Shown here: in pieces, positions 15,101 to 20,000 of the stretch
How positions within the stretch are numbered: the stretch's first letter is position 1
How the letters are laid out: each line of letters begins with the position of its first letter
DNA from: an uncultured virus (IMG/VR IMGVR_UViG_3300028914_000084)
Lineage: Duplodnaviria > Heunggongvirae > Uroviricota > Caudoviricetes
DNA length: 20,000 bases
IMG/VR virus record: IMGVR_UViG_3300028914_000084
Direction: 5' to 3' (one strand)
Program-made: the position numbers and the translations under genes
The notes under the pieces: generated by a model
Told to the model about the DNA's origin: nothing
The model's database searches: none
The model's input: the letters and a program-made list of their open reading frames with translations, nothing else

Positions 15101-18100
15101 CTAATATAGCTATTGCACCAGCAACTTCTAGTAACATAACACCTGCTTTTTTAGCATTTTTTCCAGCAAAATGAGATATACCAATTAACATTGATACTAT
15201 TACTCCCATCGCTGCCATTGCTATAGCACCTCTAGTTAAGCCTTCTTTTGGTATTGTGGATAGTAATTTTATAGATGCTACTATTCCAAGCATAGCTAAA
15301 CTGAAGCCACCTATTAATAAAGCAGCCTTGTTTGCATTTTTTCCGGATTTAGATGAGAATGCCATTAATATTCCCATCATTCCCACGACACTAGCTACTA
15401 CTAGTTCGCCTTTAACAACGTCTCTTGGTTTCATCATTGATGCTATTTTTATAACACCTAATAATAACATCATAGAACCAGTTAATGATAATATAAGCCA
15501 AGCGGCTTTATCAGCATTTTTTCCAGCGAATCTAGATAATGCTATAAATGCAGCGAATATGCCACCTGCTAAACTTAGTGAACCAATGGCTTTGTTAACT
15601 TCGTCTTTTGTTATCTTAGATGCTAATTTTATAACTAATAGCATCAACAATAAAGATACTGATATTTTCTTAAGTGACTTTGTTACACTTACTAATTGAT
15701 CTCCAGTTATATTGAGCAACTTAGTTAATCCGCCAATAGCTCCTAATAATACAGTCATAGCCACTATAACAGTTACTAATCCGTTAATTGCGTTTAATAA
15801 CGAATATGTATCTATTCCAGATAACTTCTTTAGAGCTATAGTCATTGCCAATAAAGCTAACGATAAACCAATAATAGGTCCAATATTAAAAGTCGCTTTT
15901 TTAGCTTTTGCATTGATGCTTCCGCCAGCTGTTCCACCTGCACCTGCTAATTTATCAACTACAACAAATAATGCAGTTAATACGGTAAGCATTACGCCAC
16001 ATACTATAACAGCGGATGTTAATCTATCTGGTTCGATTTTAGATATTATATACATAGAAGCAGCAATCATTAATAAACTTAATGCTATACCTTTTATAAC
16101 ACCTTTTATAGCTTCTAATTTCTTAGCAGTTCCCAAATCAACAAGGAAATTCTGTACTCCGGTACCTACCTGTTTCATCATATCACCAAAAGATTTCAAT
16201 GGTGATACTACTGAATTAACTATTCCTACTATTTTATCTGCTGTATCGTTCATTCTTTTTGCTAGATACATCAAACCGCCAGCTAATCCAACAGCGAACA
16301 TTTTTCTATAATCAACACTACTTAATATTTCTGACACATTACTGAAAGAATTGATTATATTATTTTTCATTGTTTTTCCGAAATTTAATATATTATTCCA
16401 GATTGTAGTTTCGACTTTTTGAAGTGGTTTCATTTGCGAAGCCATACCTAATAATAAACCAAGTATTATAAACTTACCTATTTTGAAGAATTCTTTAGAA
16501 GGTGAATGAATATCAAGTACTTTACATACTGTTTCTATTAAACTAGCTGCAAAACCACCCATAAAACTTGTAACTTTAGATGTTCCGCTAACTAATCCAT
16601 TTAGCAATCCACTTATTATATACATTGGTATATTCTTTGTTTTAGCTAATCCGTTTATCCATCCGCTTAAACCACCAAATAAATTACCAAATACTCTTCT
16701 TATTATACCGTCTGAACTGGTTAATTGTTTAACGAAGTTAGATAAACTTACTTTTAAATAGTCTAATATTTTCTTTATATTACCAAGTACTTTTTGTACT
16801 GTTTCATTTGTTGTTATGAATTCTTTAGTTCTTTTAACAACATTTACAATAGCTGGTATAATGGTCTCTGTAACTCTTTTAAAAGTTACATGCTCTTTTA
16901 TCCATTTTCTAGCAGCATTAGTAGCTTCATATAAAATATTACCCCAATGACCTAATACTTCTAGGAATGTTGCACTAGGATCTATGATTAAACCTAATGC
17001 AGTGCCGAGTCCTTTTAATACTATAGTTAAAACACTTTTTATAGAATCTGATACTAAACCAATTACTCCGAATAAACCTTTAAATATACTTACTAAATGC
17101 TCGGCATTAGATACAACGCCATCATGATCATTTATTTCTCCTAAATAATCTTTTAATATTCTTGTTAATTTATAAAAACCAGTTGTAAGATTAAATAACA
17201 CAGTACCAGCCTCTTTTGGAGGAAATACTTCAACCCATGCTTTACCTATTGCATGGAATATTGTTATAATAGTTTTTCCTATATTTCCAAAAGACTCCAT
17301 TAATAGCCAACGACCGTTTATATCATCCATATTATGAAGTAATTCTTTAACAGGCATTGCTAGTCTTTTTGATAATTTAACAATTTGATTAATAGCATCT
17401 TGTTGCTTTTCGGATAATCCGTTATATTCTTCTAAAAATATAAGTTCATCTTGATTTAGTTCTTTTCCTTCTTCTCGCTTCTTGACCGCTTCTGCTATAT
17501 TAGCTATCCAATCTTTAGTAGATTCATTTAATTTATCAGTCGCATCCGCTACAGATTCTGTAGATTCAACATAACTAGTTTCTCTTCGTAAACTAAAACC
17601 CAATCTCTCATTAACGAGATTTTGTGCATGTGCCCAATCATAACCAGCTTCTGATAGCTTATCCCATCTAGCTTGACCGTTACCCCATATACCATTAATT
17701 ATTTCATCTACAACATTAGCATAATCAGCAACTGTTTTTACAGCATCTTTTAAACCTTCAGTAGATTCTTTAACAGAAGAAAATGCTTCTGACATGGCGT
17801 CAAACGTTTTAGTAAATGTTTTGCCTAAGAAACTATTTAAATATTTATTTCTTATAGTAGCGACACTGTCTATTACGGCACCTAATGCATTACTAGCTCC
17901 AGTCCATAATTTTTTAGCCTGGTTAAAATCACCGAATATTATTTGAAAAGATTGTGCCCAACCAGATTGAACTGCTTCTGTTAACGTATCAATTAGCATC
18001 GAAAAAGTTTTTACATCTTGAGCCGCTGCCTTGGCTTTTTGTCCTACTATTGTTTCTTCTGATGAATATTTTTTTAAAGTTGTTATCAATACATCAGAAG

Positions 18101-18917
18101 TCATCCATTGGTCTTTTAATGAATCATTAAAATTAGATATAGCATTTAACGTTTCACCCTCCAATGTTTCATACATATCATCGCCAGTTTTTATAAGCGT
18201 GCCCATTTCGACAGCGGTTTGAATTAATTCATTTTTGAAATCTTTAGTAGCCATATTAGCATTTTCGATAGATTTCCAATCAATTAATTTTACATAACCA
18301 GCTGATAAAGCTTGAGCAAAGTTATACATAGCTCTAGACGCTTCATTAGCATTTGCTCCAGAAAGAGCAGCTTCATTACTTACACCCTTAATAGCTGCTA
18401 CCGCGTCTTCTAACTTAACACCCATATTAGTAAATTTACCAATATTGGTTGTCATGTCTTGAAATGAGTAAATAGTTTGGTCTGAATATTTATTTAACTC
18501 TTCTAAATATTCATTTACTTTTTCTAGACTTTCTCCTGTACCAGACATAATTGTTTGAATTGAGCTCATTTTGAGTTCGTATTCATCAAATCCGGCTTTT
18601 TTAGGATCTATTACTAATTTCTTTCCTAAATTTAGACCAAAATCCATAACTGTATTAGTTATTCGTCTCATAGTTTGGTCTGCTATCGAATACAAAGAAT
18701 TAAATTGTAATCCGACTTGTTCTATTCCTTTTGTTAATGGGTTAAAATTAACACGGTTTGCTGAGGCTGATAGTTCATCGAGTCCTTTTGTCATTCCTGA
18801 GAAATTTAAACTAGATTTTAATTTGTCTATGGTAGATAATGATGTTTTAACATTTTTTTCAAAATTTCTATTATCAAAACTCATCTCGACGACTTTTTTG
18901 TCGACTGTTTTACTCAT
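12144..18917 (-). CDS. Tail tape measure protein
   Basis: 2257 aa, SD AAGGAG. N-terminal tape-measure domain (LEELNKYSDQTIYSFQDMT...AMYNFAQALSAGYVKLIDWKSIENANM), long helical/hydrophobic repeats, SPSK motifs, position after chaperones. Confidence 0.95.
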   Translation of the reverse strand: MSKTVDKKVVEMSFDNRNFEKNVKTSLSTIDKLKSSLNFSGMTKGLDELSASANRVNFNPLTKGIEQVGLQFNSLYSIADQTMRRITNTVMDFGLNLGKKLVIDPKKAGFDEYELKMSSIQTIMSGTGESLEKVNEYLEELNKYSDQTIYSFQDMTTNIGKFTNMGVKLEDAVAAIKGVSNEAALSGANANEASRAMYNFAQALSAGYVKLIDWKSIENANMATKDFKNELIQTAVEMGTLIKTGDDMYETLEGETLNAISNFNDSLKDQWMTSDVLITTLKKYSSEETIVGQKAKAAAQDVKTFSMLIDTLTEAVQSGWAQSFQIIFGDFNQAKKLWTGASNALGAVIDSVATIRNKYLNSFLGKTFTKTFDAMSEAFSSVKESTEGLKDAVKTVADYANVVDEIINGIWGNGQARWDKLSEAGYDWAHAQNLVNERLGFSLRRETSYVESTESVADATDKLNESTKDWIANIAEAVKKREEGKELNQDELIFLEEYNGLSEKQQDAINQIVKLSKRLAMPVKELLHNMDDINGRWLLMESFGNIGKTIITIFHAIGKAWVEVFPPKEAGTVLFNLTTGFYKLTRILKDYLGEINDHDGVVSNAEHLVSIFKGLFGVIGLVSDSIKSVLTIVLKGLGTALGLIIDPSATFLEVLGHWGNILYEATNAARKWIKEHVTFKRVTETIIPAIVNVVKRTKEFITTNETVQKVLGNIKKILDYLKVSLSNFVKQLTSSDGIIRRVFGNLFGGLSGWINGLAKTKNIPMYIISGLLNGLVSGTSKVTSFMGGFAASLIETVCKVLDIHSPSKEFFKIGKFIILGLLLGMASQMKPLQKVETTIWNNILNFGKTMKNNIINSFSNVSEILSSVDYRKMFAVGLAGGLMYLAKRMNDTADKIVGIVNSVVSPLKSFGDMMKQVGTGVQNFLVDLGTAKKLEAIKGVIKGIALSLLMIAASMYIISKIEPDRLTSAVIVCGVMLTVLTALFVVVDKLAGAGGTAGGSINAKAKKATFNIGPIIGLSLALLAMTIALKKLSGIDTYSLLNAINGLVTVIVAMTVLLGAIGGLTKLLNITGDQLVSVTKSLKKISVSLLLMLLVIKLASKITKDEVNKAIGSLSLAGGIFAAFIALSRFAGKNADKAAWLILSLTGSMMLLLGVIKIASMMKPRDVVKGELVVASVVGMMGILMAFSSKSGKNANKAALLIGGFSLAMLGIVASIKLLSTIPKEGLTRGAIAMAAMGVIVSMLIGISHFAGKNAKKAGVMLLEVAGAIAILAAIMYILSTMETKDLVKGTTVIAVIAVLFSGLIAATSKSHNATKTLTSLIAAMSVLLGFVIVLSLIKPQNLLAATSAVTAIILSLSLLIQSSKKMNSKDIKSLAAVSLVLMGTLAIMTILIHSLSKLDPERALASASSLSMLLIALSGTLAAMTLVSKLGGKNAYAGIALLVIMSSTVLPLLVLIISALVKLDPDKSIKMVTSVSIMLLSMTAVLGALALIGLAGPAALVGIGSLIALIGAFGVLLLAFGGLNKLFPNAAKFLESGIPILTAIGTAIGAFAGSIVAGFGKELLTLLPALGQSLSLFMTSLTPFFAGSKMIDGDLIKRIGTLSASILILSAAELVSGIMSLMSGKTSLTKFGLELSLFMISIDPFIKGAANIKPEVATSMLNLSKAILALTSAKFIDSISIFSKTSFEEFGTNLAQLGTGLANFNKNIKPIKDVEKVKVACEALKLISEAAATIPNSGGIAGALLGNNDPDEFASTLPVVASGLVGFIDNLNQASITKDSLAPVKVACEAIKRLAKVSQEIPNAGGLLSALVGDNDMYSFSVNLPSVANGLASFIHILDQNGITEDSVGGVKVACSVIKQLTKVAQDIPNAGGLLSKLVGENDFTSFGRSLPELAVGIAGFVTGFGDIEDERITTVSTIINSVINLLKSLKGKGLKEIISQSINLKSLGSSIADFMNSIAVIDSSTILAALGNVTDVVKFVKSFETVDVKSITGLSTALKDLGDKGIKGLLSSFENQDTKTKLNNASKAMAKSAIEGVKAKMGKDSANKLGENFVRGLANGIADNQYLVINASTELGKGALQAAKDALKEKSPSKATHEMGKFFDLGLVNGIIEYARNVYSASNDVGETAKLGMSDALGKITDIINSESDMSPTITPVLDLSNIESGATRIGSIFDGQNIGIGANINAISSGLKLQNQNAATNSDIVSAIDKLKTSMSEQTPGNTYNFGGISYNDGTPIAQAVSDLIKAIEIEGRV
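13161..13763 (-). repeat. Three 67-aa (201-bp) repeats in the tape measure protein
   Basis: KVAC...IPN(S/A)GG...G.ND...F...LP..A.G...F. The Lys codons at 13761, 13560 and 13359 are exactly 201 bp apart. Confidence 0.9.
15154..15524 (-). repeat. 60-aa (180-bp) hydrophobic repeats in the tape measure protein
   Basis: GCATTTTTTCC (GKNA) at 15154, 15334 and 15514. More degenerate units flank both sides. Confidence 0.85.
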
Positions 18918-18935
18918 ATAAATCTCTCCTTTATT

Positions 18936-19322
18936 TTATTGTCTTTTTGTATTAATTATATAATCCCACGAATCGTCCGCTATCTTCTCAAAAATTGGTC
19001 TAATAGCCGGGTTTATATAATCAATACCTTCTACCCAACCACCGTTCTTAGTAGCATGTCCGAATTGTAGTATAACGGCTATAGGGACTCCTTTATTGAT
19101 ATTTGAATTTAAAAAGGATATTGTTATCAAACCGTTCTGGTTTTTTATATCATAAGACCATGATTCAGAAGTTAACCCTGTATCTTTCGGAGTTGCTTTT
19201 TCTAATCGTCTTATACCTTCATCACAATATTGTTTAATAATTCGCATATTAATAACATTTGTAGCTTTTTTAAAGAAATTATCTAATTTTCCAAAATCAC
19301 CTTTTTGTTTAAATTGTATCAT
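18936..19322 (-). CDS. HK97 gp10-like tail/neck protein
   Basis: 128 aa with TPKDTGLTSESW, ILQFGHATKNGGWVEGIDYINPA motifs characteristic of this family. Confidence 0.7.
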   Translation of the reverse strand: MIQFKQKGDFGKLDNFFKKATNVINMRIIKQYCDEGIRRLEKATPKDTGLTSESWSYDIKNQNGLITISFLNSNINKGVPIAVILQFGHATKNGGWVEGIDYINPAIRPIFEKIADDSWDYIINTKRQ

Positions 19323-19323
19323 A

Positions 19324-19866
19324 CTATCCTCTAGACTTTAATTGTTTTCTTCTAGCTTCATTTAATTCTGAATATTTATTGATTACATCATTTCTGCTCA
19401 TTTTTTTAGAAGGTGAATTCTTTATTTGACAAATTCTAATTAATGTTATTAATCTGTTTAAATGCCACTTTTGATATTCGGCTGGTATATTATACGTAAT
19501 CATCCAATAGTAAATAAGTTCACTAGTTATTGACTCATTAGATTTAGATGTACTATGGTCATTAAAAGTGGTAGCAGTCATTGGATCATTAATATAATTA
19601 GATATTTTATTTATTTCATCTTGTGATAGGTATTTATAAATATTAGGATTAACATTTTGTGTTATAGTCATGCATCTGATATAATCTAAACCCTCCTCTG
19701 TAGAACCGTTTAATTGTTCTTTTAAGAAAGATTTATGCCATTTTGATTCCCATTTTGATAGAGATACTAGAGAATGCTCTAATTGTATCTCAGTTTCTGG
19801 AACTTCTATAAATATTTGTTGTTTTTCATCCCATAACTCTTTACTAGAGATTTTTAATTTAAGCAT
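19324..19866 (-). CDS. Tail assembly chaperone-like protein
   Basis: 180 aa, SD AAGGAG. LEHSLVSLSKWESKW, ITSELIYYWM, KWHLNRLITLIRIC motifs. Position between the first chaperone and the tape measure gene. Confidence 0.6.
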   Translation of the reverse strand: MLKLKISSKELWDEKQQIFIEVPETEIQLEHSLVSLSKWESKWHKSFLKEQLNGSTEEGLDYIRCMTITQNVNPNIYKYLSQDEINKISNYINDPMTATTFNDHSTSKSNESITSELIYYWMITYNIPAEYQKWHLNRLITLIRICQIKNSPSKKMSRNDVINKYSELNEARRKQLKSRG

Positions 19867-19888
19867 TCTCTCATCTCCTTTTTATATT

Positions 19889-20000
19889 TTATTTTTCATT
19901 TAATTTAGGAACTTCGATTCCTAATTCTTTTGCTGTTTCATTTAATTTAGCATCAGAAATATCTATACCTTTAGGCATGATGCCTTTAATAAAGTCTGCA
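19889..20000 (-). CDS. 3' end of probable tail assembly chaperone (5' truncated)
   Basis: Not in ORF track. Hand translation ...ADFIKGIMPKGIDISDAKLNETAKELGIEVPKLNEK* with TAA at 19889-19891. Function inferred from position. Confidence 0.55.
   Translation of the reverse strand, partial: ADFIKGIMPKGIDISDAKLNETAKELGIEVPKLNEK

Larger units (their letters stand above)
1..20000 (-). mobile_element. Phage/prophage tail module (siphovirus-like), extends beyond both window edges
   Basis: Ten co-oriented, closely spaced genes in canonical order chaperones > tape measure > distal tail > hub > fibres > lysis-associated gene. No host genes, sheath or integrase in the window. Confidence 0.95.

Noticed and set aside
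12376..18921. Plus-strand ORFs antisense to the tape measure gene, including the 589-aa ORF at 13405-15174
   Set aside because: In that frame a stop requires a Tyr, His or Gln codon in the tape measure gene. These residues are scarce in its hydrophobic repeats, so long shadow ORFs are expected. The products are low-complexity and resemble no family I recognise.
19864..19900. Programmed frameshift fusing the two chaperone genes (lambda G/GT type)
   Set aside because: The downstream frame has an in-frame TAA in the 22-bp gap, no canonical slippery heptamer is visible, and the 180-aa gene has its own SD.
1..20000. Alternative genetic code, CRISPR array, RNA genes, terminators, invertible segments
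   Set aside because: Long ORFs are intact in code 11, with TAA, TAG and TGA all ending genes at plausible boundaries. Intergenic gaps are under ~25 bp. I saw no spaced short repeats, hairpins or inverted repeat pairs, though a by-eye search is not exhaustive.

Overview
AT-rich tail-morphogenesis module of a long-tailed (siphovirus-like) phage or prophage, probably of a low-GC Gram-positive host. All genes are on the minus strand, tightly packed, intact in code 11 and preceded by strong Shine-Dalgarno sites. In transcription order (right to left): partial tail assembly chaperone, second chaperone-like protein (180 aa), HK97 gp10-like tail protein (128 aa), tape measure protein (2257 aa), LysM/Fn3 distal-tail-like protein (869 aa), hub/Tal-like protein (~352 aa), coiled-coil/beta-repeat central fibre (~866 aa), small fibre (267 aa), giant BppU-type fibre/adhesin (1593 aa), and a partial XhlA-like gene starting the lysis region. 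The most striking signal is in the 1593-aa gene, which appears to be a nested ('matryoshka') protein. Three N-halves of one scaffold domain in tandem are followed by a lectin-like core and then three C-halves (A1-A2-A3-X-B3-B2-B1). DNA identity is consistent with that nesting, and an apparently uninterrupted copy of the scaffold lies in the neighbouring 866-aa gene. The same gene carries exact in-frame DNA identity islands (96 bp, 65 bp). A CW_7-like cell-wall-binding repeat is embedded in the tape measure protein. Family names come from motif recognition by eye, not from database searches.
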